Shown: positions 1 to 14,215 of the stretch, piece after piece
Layout of the letters: each line of letters starts with the position of its first letter
Position numbering within the stretch: the first letter of the stretch is position 1
Assembly (NCBI GenBank): GCA_964035545.1
Contig: OZ037766.1
Location: 2,542,001 to 2,606,000, forward strand
Direction: 5' to 3'
DNA from: Bugula neritina
Lineage: Eukaryota > Animalia > Bryozoa
Length of the DNA stretch: 64,000 bases
Translations under genes and position numbers: made by a program
Notes under the pieces: model-generated
Databases searched by the model: none
The model's input: the letters and a program-made list of their open reading frames with translations, nothing else
Told to the model about the DNA's origin: nothing

Positions 1-3000
1 CCTGAGTATCCAAGGATCATTTGCTTCAGTTGGGGAGGGTAGAGGGGAGCTCCCTAGTTTCTTTCTATGTTGTGGAGAAGATTTACTATTGAACTTAGTT
101 GTTCTCACTGGTGATGAGCATAAGGATTTCTACAAGATATAGCAGTAAATGTATAGAGCAACCTGATTGGTTAATTGAAGTTACATATTTTGTTACATCT
201 GTGGTCTTCTTACACAAAGACTTGTTAGCCATTTGCCTCATTGGATGATTTCTTATAAAACTGATACTATATCTTATAGAAAAATCTAACTGCAACATGC
301 AATATAAAAAGTGAAATTTGTTCCTAAGAAGAATTGGTCTATACCATAACAACAAAGCAAAAATGTCACAACATTTGATAGAAAGCAAATTTCTTTGACC
401 TAGATTTCTTTTATGAAATTTTTTAACTCAGACCTTAGAGTACACTTATATTTTACTATTTAAGATCTGAACATACCACATCTCTGCATTCTGGAGTCTT
501 GATATAACTTCTACCACCTGAAGAACCTTTCGATGAGCTCAGCAATCTCTCCTCTATATCATATTTGACATCAACACCTTGATTAGGGGGTTTATGTTTG
601 TGAGAAATGAGTTTATGCTTATCCCAGTCCCACCCTTTTTCAGTATCCTTACTCACTGCACCCTAGAAGTGTGAACCAAAGAAGTTTTAATTAATGCATG
701 CAGTGATGGTACTTAAGCTATATTTTTTAAACAACCAGCTTTCATAAAATATGTTTAATATTTTGCTATGATTTTATCACTTTTATAAATATTATTCTGA
801 ATTAGTCATACATTTACTCAATTGTTTGTTCAAATAAATTACATAATACTGCATGTAGTAAATGAAGAGACAAATTTCATAGTTAATAGTTTTACTAATT
901 AACATGTTAGATGCTGAAAACTATGTTTTGGCTTAGCTTGGGTTATCAAATTTCGGCTCATTTTTATTTGGCTGCTTTATGCCACATACAAGCAATATCT
1001 CAGGTTAAAAACAACCTGCAATCCTACACTTGGCTCTAAATGAAACTCTCAAAAAGCAATTGTTTTTTCCATCAATTTATTTTAAATTTCTGGTTCAATT
1101 CCTTAAACACATGCATATACTGCACATAGTTCAAAATTGAGCATACCAAACTAATGAAGCAAAACTGGTTGAAAACAAAAAAACCGTCACCTGTTCGTAA
1201 GCCTGTTTACTAGGAACTGAGTTTTGGTTTGTTAGTTTTAGTGTCACTCACATCTGCCTGATCTCTACTCTAAGAGACATACCTCGTTATAATACAGAGT
1301 AGACTCTGTAACTGGTGGAGGTAGTTGCAACTTCAGACACAGGGCTGGGGCCAAGACTCTAAAACAGATGAACCTGATCCAGCGTGGTATAGACTTGCCC
1401 TGCAGTCCTTTATGGTGGATGTTGAGTGTACAGACAGTCAGCCCTGTGGCCAGAGATACTATTCCCATTGTTATGAAGTAGTAGACTCCTGAAAAACACA
1501 GTAGTGATTGAGTCGCTTAAAATACATAAATATTTATAAAAATCAAAAACTAACTTACTTATAAGGATTTTAGTAGATTTATCCACCTATTTTCCTCGAT
1601 TTAAATTTATACAAACATGAGTTAGAGGCTTAAGAGTTCAAAGTTCATGAGTATTTTACTTCTTAGTTTTTTCATAGAACACATGTTTTAAAAAAGTTCT
1701 CATCCACACCTGATTAATAATCATGTCATAAAAAGTAGACAATTGTTATAGATATTATTATTTTTTAAATTAGTACATATGTATGTTTTTATGATCCCAT
1801 TGCTGTACCTGGTACCTTAGAGTTTTACAACAAAAATTTCTAACAAGGTTCATACAGGAGGAAGTATATAAGATGGGTTGCAGCCTTGTGTGAAATTATA
1901 GAAAACAAACAGTTTATTCTGATTTCAGTGGAATGCAATATCGAAGGGAACAGCTGAATATTTTATATCATTTTCTATTAGGAGTGAAAAACTAACAAAA
2001 TAATTGATAGTGTTTTTGTAAGAGTTTTATACTAAGCCTTTCACCTTAATAATCAATGGCATTGGTAAGGAGTACACTAAGTAACAGTTATGAATCTGTC
2101 ACGTGATAAAGAGCATAATGTTTTATTTAAATGGATATTATAACAATATATACTCATCATCAGTTGAACTACCAGAATGTATAGCTTATATACCTATCAA
2201 TGGTAAGCTGTCAGCTGTTGGGGGCATAGCCTCAGTGACTAACATGAGAAAAACAGTCATTGAGAGGAGCGTAGTGATGCCCATAGCAACTTTTTCTCCC
2301 GAGTCTGATGGTATATAAAAACCTGTAAAACAAGATATTTCTTCCAACACATATATATTTAACGACAGTAATAACTTTCACACAGGATTTCAAACTTAGC
2401 TCCAAATTTTATTTTGTTAAAAGTTATATTATGGGAAGAATAGCGGCTCTCCATTGTGTTGCATACATTCCTAGCTATAACATTTTCAGTACCTTCAATG
2501 TATGTTCTTGTAACTTAGAATCTGTAGATAATAAGTGAATGCTACAGGGGCAATTTATAATATAGAATATTTCAATATATAACGATATATGTATATACCA
2601 AGGAGATAGTAGAGTGATATAGGGGGCAGTGTGTCATATAAAAATATTCTATTTAGTCTGCATTGACCGCAATTAATATATACATACTAAGAAATGGCAT
2701 ACTTGCGTTATCAAAATGTTATTGATTATTATCAAATTATTACTCAGTACATGTGCACTTTCTTCATAAATGTAAGAAACTTGGTAGAACAAAAAAATTA
2801 GCTAAAGATGTTTATAAAATAATGATGTTATTTAGAACAACAAAACAATCATTTTAAACAAGTTCAAGTGCATTTATCAAAATGTACCGATAGCAAGTAC
2901 ATTTATATTGCTGCCGTCAGCAAGTTACATACCGCCCACTTCTCCCAGAACTAGTAAATTATTCAATGTTGACCTTATTCAAAGAAGGACTAACTGGACC

Positions 3001-6000
3001 TTATTCAAAGGAGGATTAGCTGAACTCACCGAGCAGTGCTACAAGGGTGATAAGGAAGCACGGGAGAAGCATGTTGAATACGTAGAACATGGGTCTCCGT
3101 CTCAAGTGCACGTAGTACGTGATGTCAGGGAACGGATGTACGCAGCACGAGTAGTACTTGACGTTTCTCTCCACGTACATGTTGACCAAGTCAAACTCAC
3201 TACAGCAAACATATATAGAGTTGTATATATTTTTATTTAGTGTTAGTTTGGCAGGTATCAAACTTGAACTTTTGGTGTAGAGAGTGAACATGTCAAACTC
3301 AAAAACTACGAATGAATTTCAAGTTAAAGTGAAACTATACTAAAATTCTGCATAGCATAATAGATTTTATTCACTGTATCTTTTGTTATACACTCCAACA
3401 TAATATACATAATACCATATATTCTAGATATAGTATAGGTTGTATATTATACGTTCTATTTATAGTGTATACTGCGCTGTTTATTGTATTAAACACTTCA
3501 CATTCTATACCATACTATACATTGATCACTACATTAGGCCACACATTGACAGTGAGCTCATCCTGATAAACACAATAACACAGCAATATATATTATTACA
3601 CTAACAACAATGTTGCACTATTTACTAATTAGATATTACTAGTCTACTAGCATACACAGTATATATGTATGCTGGCGATGGCATCTTGGCATATGACACC
3701 AAACAGCACCTGCTAGTCACATCCTATATGTTGTAAAGCGCATGACACAAAAGGTAGCACCTGCTATTCACATGGTAGATGTTGTATATGACATGACACA
3801 GAAGGTAGCACCTGCTAGTCACATGGTAGACATTTTATATGCCACAACATGACACATAAGGTGACACCTGCTTGTCACATGGTAGTTGTTTTATATGACC
3901 TGACACTGACACCTACTAAGCACATGGTAGATGCTGTATATGACATGACACAGAAGGTAGCACCTGCTAGTCACATGGTAGACATTTTATATGCCACAAC
4001 ATGACACAGAAGGTAGCACCTGCTATTCACATGGTAGATGCTGTATATAACATGACACTGGAAGGGAGCACTTGCTAATCACATGGTACATGCTGTAAAG
4101 CACAGTAGTACCTGCTTGGAAGATAATTTGATAAGTCCCCTTTCTTGTCTACAAGAGTCATATTGAGCTGGGATCCATCATAAGTCCAAGAGGCAAATAC
4201 CATGGAGCAGTTTTGCTCATCGAAAGGAAAGTACCTGACGTCTATAGTACAGGAACTCTTAAATATAACAGTCGAGAGCCACGTTACATTTCCTGTGTTA
4301 GTCACTATGACATTCGTACTGACTGCGGAGTTCTTTGAGGAAGCTACGTCAGCGCTGAAACAAAAAATTCCTATTATATAATTAAATATATCATTTCTAT
4401 AATACATGAACATGCAATTGAATCTGATGAATCTGTTTAAACAAAGTTTTTATGATTTTTAGCAGCTCCAACATATAAAACTCTTATTCAAATATTTTTA
4501 AAGCTGACAAGTGAAATTTACTAGATATAAAATGTATTAACACTAGCTATAAATACGTAGCAAACTTTATCGTAATATATCTAAACTAGTTAAATGCAAA
4601 GTTATAAAAGCTGGTGCTTTTTATGACTAGTAAGAAGACAAAATTTCAAATGTAGCCTCAGTGCCTGACCTGTTATACAATAATATGTCGGGCAGCCATA
4701 TTGAATCGTATGGTAAAAGTATAGTTTTAATTCCACCAAAGTCTTCCGGGTTCCATTCTAGATCCACATCTATCCAGGCTTGGTTTAGCCAGCAGTTCGT
4801 GGTTATAATTTGATTTTTCTCATCCTGTAAAATTAGAATTACTGGTGTTATTTGCTTTGTTAGAAGCAGTTATGTAAATTGCACTTGTACATTTTGTTGA
4901 GGGCTTACAAAAGGCCCTTGCATCACTTATAGTTGTTTTATTAAATCTCTTTTAATTTGCAGAATAATATAGATTTTGGGTTTATATGTCTAGTACAGCT
5001 GAAATCAACTTTGCCAAAATGCAGTCCCAGTCAACAACTCAATAAAAAAAACATTTTGGATTTACTGCTTCATTTGCTTGTTCTTTATAAGAGTTTGTCT
5101 CTAATTCTAACTAGCATAAATGCATATTTTATGTCAAAAAAATACGGGAGCTGTACACTAACAGATGTTTAGTTATATAAAGCACAAAAGAATGATTTTA
5201 AAGCAATAGTTTTTATATGGCTAATGTCATTTTATTGAAATTTTTTTCAGAGTGTTGTGCTAAAGTTCTCAAGCAATGAGATTTCAGTAACCATTGTCAC
5301 GTGGAGTCAGCGTACAAGAGTCAGCTATTGTAGTGAAATCTGACTCCAGGATACAAAAATTGGATATAAAAGTTAAAGTTGTTTTAAATAATATTATTTT
5401 TGTGAAGGTCTTTCAAAGTCATCTAGCTGGTAAATATCATATACTGCCCCAGTAAATGTAATTGTATTCCAGTTCTATGAACAGCGTTTCAGTAGAAAGT
5501 AAACTGCCTGAGGCAAGCTGTATTGTGCTCACAATGCTGCCGATATATTTGTATGACTTCCTCAAATTACAGTTGCTTCTATGTAATCATAAGTCAATGT
5601 GATTTCTTAATACTTATCTGCTATATTTATGGATGGCATCAGTCCTGTTTTAAATAAAATATATTATATTATGTAGGAAGCGGTCATGGTCTTGTGGTAA
5701 AGCACTGGCTTAATTAGTAGACAGTAGACACAAAGTCAGTGGTTCGAATTCCAGTAAAGGTCATTGATGATGTTAGTAAGAGCATCCAGTCATAATTGCT
5801 CCTGTACCTCATTTAAACAATTCCTTAGCCCGCTTTTAAAAACTCTTTTCATCAAGGGGGGAGGGGGGGTTTACAGAGATAGTGACTATAAACCCACATA
5901 AGTTTTCTACAAGCAGTATACATGTAATACATAATAGTTTCCTCGGCAGATGGGAGACTGTAAACTATTTCTGTAAATTAGCGGCTGATGTCCACTCATA

Positions 6001-6949
6001 CAGATGTCTATTTGCATTACGAAACTAATAAGTTATAATATTGAGTCAACGCAAACACCTTAGCAGCATTTATCTGCCTCTATCAATCCCTGTCTGCCTT
6101 TATTTGTCTCTATCTACCCTGTCTGTTTCTATTTACATACCTCGGTCTCTAATTACACTTGAGGCACACTGGCGATATTTTTAGCATAATTTGGTCTTTA
6201 AAAAAGTTTACAAATGTCGAGCCATTTGCTCAGTAAGAGCTGCCCTGTTCATATACATTCTATATTAGTTCTAAATCTCCTAGAGTACACAGTAAACAAT
6301 TTTAATATGAATTTCAGAGAAACATTATCCTACATGTGTTATCAAAAGTGACTGCCTGAATCCTGAACCCATATAGCCAAAGCATATATGTTGTAAATAT
6401 GTAAACTTAACTAGCACAACTGGAATACATTATTGTCAATGTAGTGAGTCATATTTTAAATAAAACAGATGGTATATTTTAACTTACTACATCTATTAGC
6501 TGGGCAAGAGCTAATCCAAATGTGACTGAAGTGGAGCAGCTAGAATTTAGAGATGGTCGAACTCTTCTGTCGTAATTATCCATCAAGTGTCTAATAAGAT
6601 CTTTTTCCTTTTGGTCAGCCATCGCCAACCATGATAGGGTCAGTACTGAAACATATTTAATTTGAGTCTGTTTAGAAAGTGCCTTATAATATACTGCTTG
6701 TGAAATGTTTTAAATCTTTTGAGATATTTTGCTTCTGAAACATTTCTGCTTTAAAGTAATTTCACCCGTGATGCATAGCAAGCTAGCTTACAAAACATAA
6801 TCTGAAATTTCAATATTGCATGACAAAAAAGAATCGTGAAACAACCAATTAAAACATTAGATTTGTTTTTATGTACTATATTATACAGTATTTTTAAAAA
6901 AAAGTTGATTTTAATGCAATCACTTACCAATAATTTGTGTTAACAGCAT
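1..6949 (-). CDS. Nicotinic acetylcholine receptor alpha subunit (alpha9/10-like, cation-type), 3' partial
   Basis: Phase-consistent GT-AG exons: 6949-6928, 6645-6488, 4824-4670, 4354-4112, 3199-3030, 2322-2194, 1488-1283, 662-477, 129-<1. Translation: signal [17 protein letters not shown], then [45 protein letters not shown], Cys-loop [15 protein letters not shown], loop B SWTYDG, loop C YYSCC (vicinal Cys = alpha), M2 [18 protein letters not shown]3 and the cytoplasmic loop. M4 lies outside the window. Confidence 0.96.
3690..4105. repeat. Degenerate ~43-48 bp minisatellite beginning at the nAChR intron donor
   Basis: Repeated core cacctgctagtcacatggtaga...catgacacagaaggtag, about 9 copies, abutting the donor at 4111. 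Confidence 0.85.
5675..5910 (+). mobile_element. tRNA-derived SINE, copy 1
   Basis: A-box-like tggtcttgtgg and B box ggttcgaattcc. Body gatgttagtaagagcatccagtcataattgctcctgt and tail gatagtgactataaacc are shared with the copies at 28940, 43205 and 62241. Confidence 0.8.
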
Positions 6950-9014
6950 AACACAGTTTCAAATTGGAGCCCACTTGTTTGTGATTGCATTGAGTATGAA
7001 CTCTAAAAAATTGACTCTGATTTTTAACTCTTAAAAAGATCAACTGCAATGATATAGTAAAGATTAGATTTAGTTTCACTGGCGCGTCACATAACTTGTA
7101 CAACAGACATATTGATTCTGCGTTGAAGAAAGTAAAGTGTATGTTAATTAAAACTCCCAACAGCCAATGAAATTCATCAACAACAGCTTCTACAGTCATT
7201 ATTTCTTGCAATAATAATTTCATTCATACGGGTTGAAACAACACATTGGGTCTAAAAAACAACTATTAAACTTGTATTGTAAAGCCATTTAGCACTGAAA
7301 GTTGATGCTGGTGTTATACAAACTGTTGTAATATTACACCTAAGTAGCATATTACTGTTACATTGTATATTGTTATGATTATTTTCTGTTTTATTTATAC
7401 AATTGCCCAGAATTCCAATATCTTTCTATACATCGTTTTGGAGGTGTTATGAATCTGCATGTGAAATGTTCAATTTAAAAACTATAATATATTCTACCCA
7501 CAGTTATATGTTCTTTTTATGTCTTGTATGAAAAAAAAGCATATTGATGCAAACAGTAATAAAATTGTTGTATAATTAATTTTGTACGTCTTTATACTAA
7601 TTTATAACATAACTGATGTAATATAGGATTTAAAATTGCTAATCAGCATTTTTATTACTGCATGTGGCAAAAACATGCCTTGCTATGACATATTCATATA
7701 ATGCATTATATCAGTTATTTAAGATATATATATAGCTTGGTAGACTGCATCGCTAATAATAGCTCTCAATTTGATCAGTAAATAGCCAAGTGGTGCTTTA
7801 CTACCAACATAGATGATTGCCTGCCATATAATGACAAACTATATAAGATTTAGGTACAGCTTCAACAGTTTGTGTATTTATATTGTATCACAAGGACTAA
7901 CATCCTGTGTATTATTTGCCTGAGAAAGTCACATTGTCATGTATTTATGTGACAAATGTCCATCTGGCATTGCAAATATTATACCATTGCTAATCAATAT
8001 CTTGAGTGCAAATACAAAGATGTATACGATGCATGTATATACATTCTGTTAAAATCTTTATTATAACATTGGGTGTTATCTCAAGTTGCATTATAACACA
8101 GTTGGTTTAAGGTCATTACTTTCCAGATTCAGGCACTGCTTTATGTTATATATAAACGGTTTCCAGGAGATATCTCGAACAGTTTTTGTCTCACATTAAT
8201 AAATTTTACATGAAAAGATAGCTCTTGCATTCCTCTTTCATATACTTTTTTAATTTTTCAATAAAAAATTTTCTGAGAAAGTTGTTGCATAATAAGTAAA
8301 ATTTTACACCCTCCATGTTCCACTGCTGTAGCACAGGGGATTCATTTTACAAAGTTTAAAAGTTAAACTTGACATTCCTTGATATGTTTTCTCTAATATA
8401 CTTTCTTTGTTTTTTGAAATTCTGTTTATGCTCTTCACAATTTGGTAAAAACATACACCATTTTGCAAGTTTCACTGCAATTTTCTAAATTCTTCATATG
8501 GTGGTTCTAGCTACGCTCCTGTGACTAATTATAACATTCCTAGTACGTTTGCCGCTCTGCGCTATCACAATAACATAAAGTACCCTCTCGCACAAATTGG
8601 CAATCTATTGGATTTCTGCCAATATAATGTTCCCTGTTTTACATTAGCACTCAGCTGAATCATCTCACTAGTTACAATAATATATTGAAAATGCCTCAGC
8701 ACAACATAATTCTTTGTTTGTTTGGCAGAGTTAATTTCAGCTAAATCACTTCACTTTACAGTCTTGTCAGTAAAGGTCTGTCTATAGCCCAGCAGGTGTA
8801 CTTTCGGTTTCTCTAATTCACATATAATTATTTTAAGTACATTGTATTCTATAAGATCAATTAAAGGTTTAGTCCAGTGTTCAGTATCTAATTATTATGC
8901 ATGTATGTTGTCTTACTGTTGAACAAAAGTTAAAAAAAACTTTACAATTATAGCCATATTTATTATACATGCGTAGGATTTGCATAAGTTGGCAAAAAAA
9001 ATTGCAACAAAACA

Positions 9015-9070
9015 GGGTTGAACCATGACCACCCAACTCGTCACTGACGCCTCTAACCTCTGGACCACGC
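9015..9070 (-). mobile_element. tRNA-like SINE head fragment
   Basis: Minus strand GCGTGGTCCAGAGGTTAGAGGCG...GGTTCAACCC carries A/B-box-like motifs and resembles the 5' end of the SINE family. Confidence 0.45.
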
Positions 9071-12000
9071 TTTTATCGTTATTGAAACGCGCACTATATG
9101 AGTCAATATCATTACATAAATATTTCGCGCGCAAATGGGTTATAATTATTAGGCTGTCAATTCATGTTGATAGCAGTCAACTGTTGCAATAGTCTCGGGT
9201 TACTAGCAAAGCTAATGGTTTTGAACAAATAACCCAAAAGTTTAAAAATAAGTAGCTTGCGTATTACTAGCTACAAAAACAGGTCTGAAATAGACTGGTA
9301 AAGCAAGCTCTTATTGTAGAGTTTGCAGATGTGCTCTAAAATAAAACTTAAACTGTATGCTATTACATAAGTATTTGTATGCGAGAGATAAATGGATATT
9401 ACTGAGTTTCTGGAAAACAACATACTTGAAGTTAACTTTGACAATGGTGTGTTATTTTCATCATAGCTAGCCTATAGCATAAATCTCTAATCATATGAAT
9501 TTTCTTGAAGCCCACAGCTCATGTAAGGGTGGCAATGTAATTTGAAACGAACAATTATGTTGCTGCATTGTGTCTAAGGTATATTAGAGAGCAGAATTTG
9601 GTTTTACTAGCCTACCCCAACGGCATTCTACAATGCAGCTTATATGCTGGCAGTTGTAATAAGTACTGCCAATAGCAAGGTTACTATCACTGCTAGCTCT
9701 GTGCAGTATGTAACCTCTTGAATAATTGCGCCAATTTTAAACTCTTGGAAGTTGGCCAAGTTATCATATCGCAGCCAGCCACCGGAGACAAAGCATCAGA
9801 GCTATTCATATAATATTATACTGATGCACTTGGTAGCAGAGTGGCTAATCTAATATAGTTCATAGTTCAACACCCTTTACTTTGGGAATACAGCCTCTTT
9901 TTTTAGGTTTACCTAACAAAGCATGAAAATATCTAAACTGATATTCTGATAATTTAGAGGTACATTTTGAAAACTAGGTTAATTGCACTTGTTTGCACAA
10001 CAACAATAATAAAATAGATATTATGCAGTATAATAAAAACACACATAATACTATATAATATATTATAATGATAATAATATAATAATATAAGTACCATTAC
10101 TGCATTTTGTAAATCACATGGTTGCCAAAAAAATGTATCACAAATGCTGTAATTATAAAACAAAAATAGAACTAGCTAGGCAGCAGGTTAGAATAGAGTA
10201 AATTTTTAAAACATGAAATCATGATTTGACTATTGTTTTATTTAGGCCAACCAACCTAGGAATACAAGATTGGGTTTTAGCTGACAGTTTATAACATTTA
10301 GCTTTTGAGCCAGCAGCACTGGCACTTGTGAAGTATAGGCAAAGTTAGTGAAGCGAGACTAACGAGCACTCAAATACAAGGCATATTGAGACACAATAAC
10401 AAGTCAGGAGCGTATAAATTGAAAAGAATGTGGAAGGGGGACTATGTTTTTCAACAAGCTATAACTTAAACATGAATTGGCTTTTGAAAAAAATAAAAAA
10501 GTATATTGGAGAACATAAGTTTCTTTATCTTTTCATATTTTTTTTGTTCCTGTGACATTCAACCTGTTCGAGCTATCAGTGGAACATTGTTCATATAGAA
10601 CATAAAGCACCTGGCAAAGAGCCAGAAAATGAAAAGTATGACCTTAAACCAACTGTGAAGGTCTTTAATGGCAATGCTGGTTGAATTTGGAGCATTTTCA
10701 CAGTGAACTATTGTGCCATGGTGAACACATTTTCAATTACATCTACTCTTTTGAAATGTGATCTCTGCTGCTTTGATTAAAGTGCAGTCAATATCTAAAA
10801 ATAATAGCAAACATTTAAAGAATTTTTTCTTGTTAGTTTTATAGGCTTTTAAAAAGTAGAATGTTAATGTGCAAATAACTTTATCTGACTGCAAGTCAGA
10901 AGTTATTTTGCCAAATAATGTGTGCAGGCACTATTGATGCTATTAGCAAGTAGCTTGAGGGCTTCAATATAGTGCTGGCCGGAGCAACTTGTAGTTTAAA
11001 GGAATTTAAAACACATTTTGAAACAGTTTTACAATTTTCACCATTTTTTCCAACTATGTAACTGTTGTTTAAATGCGATTACTGCCAATTGTCTGCATAG
11101 ATTTGACTATTTAATACAAATATATAGTGTATGCATGGTGCTGAGGAAGAAATATATACTTTGCTGCTTTTTGTCTTTTCTGATATCTTTTACTTAAAGC
11201 TAATTACATAATCAGTAATTTCAAAACTTTTTTTAAAAATTACAGACTAAATTAAAATAACTTGCATAAAAAATGGATTTTGTGATTGACCTTTAGTAAA
11301 GGTGCTAAAGATGTGTCATCGAAAATTAGTAATTGCTGCAACCTGTTGGTTTTTATGTTTTATCGTCTTTTTCCATTTAACCTTTTATGATAAAATTTTG
11401 AAACTAACTTTTCAACATAAAGGTAATAACATTCAATTAGTGTAATGTATTGTCCACCCAAGAGCATATTTCATACATTTTATTAACAAGCTATTTCACA
11501 TATTAAAAGCAAAAGATTCAATCAAAAATATTCCCTTTAAAAGTAACATAAATAAAGTCCCAGATTAAATTTTCTGCAATATCAGTGGAAAGGAGAAGGT
11601 CCATTGGGTTTCCCTGTATCAGCACTGATTCCCATACCAGGTAGAGACATTCCAGGACGAGATGGTGCGGGAGTTGTCTCTCTAATAAATATCACAAGCA
11701 GGGAGATAGTTGAGAGCAGACAACTTCAAATGCATCAAGCTAAACATGTATTATATTTGCCTGTTTCACACGTTTTACCTAACAAACTGGGTTTAATTTA
11801 CTGCCTATAATTATTTCTTAAAAATGTAATACAAATACTTACATAATCAAAGTCATGGGCAACAATTAAAACATCACATATTTTTGTTGAATTATATTAT
11901 ATAATTATAAAACTGAGGCAAAAGTCAAAATTATGTTAAATGTTGAAGTTCTCTAAAATTGTGTCAATTTGAAAATCTAAAGAACTAGTAGTTCAAATTA

Positions 12001-12709
12001 AAGTCAATTCATATAGACTTAAGTCTGGTTCATACAATAACTTGACTTGGACTTGGCTTTTTATTTTGAACTACGACTTGAATTAGTCAACCATGAATTT
12101 AACATAACTTTGATTCAGCTATGCTTTCAGGCATACTTATTGTGTTGAGAGCAACATGGACTTTAAGTTCACTATAAAATGAACACCACGTAGTGATGGG
12201 ATATATATATTCTGTTAGATTTAGCCAGGTAATAGTTTAGTTACTAATGTCTAGTATTTAGAATCTTACGATGTGCTTTCTGCACCGTCAGCAAGTTCCT
12301 TCACTTCCTGTCCAGAGACGATAGCGGCAGGTTTAGACTCCCTTCTACCATCTCTTGTGTAGTAGTAGTTAGATGATAGCTTGTGAGTTATACCAGGAGG
12401 TAGGGTGGGTGTTGGCACATCCCTGTGTAACAAGCAAAGAACCCATGCTATTTGTAGAATGCTCATCGTTACGATGAGTTACACGAAGTCTATACCAGAT
12501 GTGAATCAACTATTTTATCATATATAATATTAACTACAGTACAAAAGTTCGATCAAAACTAAAACATTATATAAATATTCAAAAACTTAAATTATATATT
12601 TTGAGGCTTACTGGAAAAAAACCCATCCAATTCAAATTCACCAGTTGCCTATAACTAATGTCATTGGTATACTCAACATACTTTTAGGCAGCCATGTTTG
12701 ATAATGAGA

Positions 12710-12791
12710 ACATTCTATACAATACAGCTAACCATTCAACCAATAGTAACATTCTATACAATACAGCTAACCATTCAACCAATAGTAACAT
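12710..12791. repeat. 39-bp perfect tandem duplication
   Basis: acattctatacaatacagctaaccattcaaccaatagta x2. Confidence 0.9.
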
Positions 12792-13731
12792 GTATAACAT
12801 AGTAATAAGCTATCTCTTACCTAGAAGACTGTTCACAGGCATATCTGTGGTTTATCACATAATCTCTCTACAAATACAGAATAGTTCATCACAATACATG
12901 AGCTAAAATATTTCAAATTTTAATTAGAGGGAAAAAGTTCTACCCAAGTTTTATAACTTTTTGAGGCATTTACAGCTGTGCCTAGCAATAGTAACAGTAA
13001 TCATCAGGTTTCTAGATTCAGTGTTATTATGTACCAAGCAGATCAAATAAAGTGATTGTGTGCAACTTGAATAGCATAATATTGGTTGACATTTCAAATA
13101 TCAGTTTATTTATAATTATTTTTCAAGATTAGCTTCATTTGAGTGTTTTAGTAAAGAAGTCCTTTAAATGTGAAAATAATAAGAGACTTGTGTAGGTCAG
13201 TTCCATTTTCAGACTAAAGTAGAGTTACTGCAGATTGCAGTATATTTATTGCCCCTTAGGAAAAAATATATAATAAATATAATGAATACAACACCAATAT
13301 AAACATTACTATTATAAATACCAATACGAGCAAATTATTGTTAAAATAATATTAAAATAATTGTACCATTTGTTCTACAGCATGTGGGCATTAGGCTAAG
13401 CATAAATTCAAGAAACTGGGAAGCATGATGATGGAGTAAAAGTTAACAGCAATTTATTACGGTACTCATAGTTAGACTGACACTCATGCTGATATTCATA
13501 CTAATAGTGGCACACTAAGTCTAACAGTAACACGGTATATACTCATTATAATAACAATAACTATTAGGGTAAGGGTGCCATATCCCGATATGATCAATAT
13601 GAATATGAAGATAAATAATTATAAGTATTACTAATACTATTACTATTAGTATAAGTATCTGTATAGTATTAAGTTTAATACTAATAGCATAACTATAACA
13701 GTTATACTATAATTCTAAGAGTAAGTATAAC

Positions 13732-14215
13732 TGGGTTACTGTCATTTCGTACACAAGTCGTTTCGTACACCGATCATTGCATATACAAAATGGTCGTTTT
13801 GTACACAAACTACTATCCATTTTGTACACGAATTGAGTAATAAATTCATTCACTAGATAATCACTTAAATGATACAAGTTTACTTACTTATTGCGTCACT
13901 TTATCTCTCCCAGCAAGTTTTTGAAAAAGAAAAATTTATTAACTATATGCTGCCATCTACTAATAGTAAAAGTGATAAAAATATGAATATAAATGTAAAC
14001 CAAAAGATCAGTTCTCCACCCCTAACATCTACATATCGCAATAAAAATAAGCATGTGGTGCAATGAAATGTGCTTGTTACTAATACTTGGGTGCCGTACT
14101 GTATGACTCCATACATCAAATAAGAAATAAAAATAAAAAAAAATGTATTTTAGTTAATTTTAATTAATGTGTACAAACCGACCTGAAAAAGTGGGTACGA
14201 AACGACCTGCACCCG
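13732..14215. mobile_element. Non-autonomous DNA transposon (MITE) with 6-bp TSD
   Basis: Imperfect TIRs tgggttactgtcatttcgtacac / gggtacgaaacgacctgcacccg, subterminal gtcgtttcgtac-like repeats at both ends, and TATAAC on both flanks (13726-13731, 14216-14221). Confidence 0.8.

Noticed and set aside
3250-3310. EFDMFTLY resembling the true exon start EFDLVNMY (possible mutually exclusive exon)
   Set aside because: Only a 9-nt match; the nearest AG gives the wrong phase and there is no loop C similarity afterwards.
11570-11810. GC-richer patch with short ORFs on both strands
   Set aside because: No convincing start or splice-phase link and no recognisable motif.
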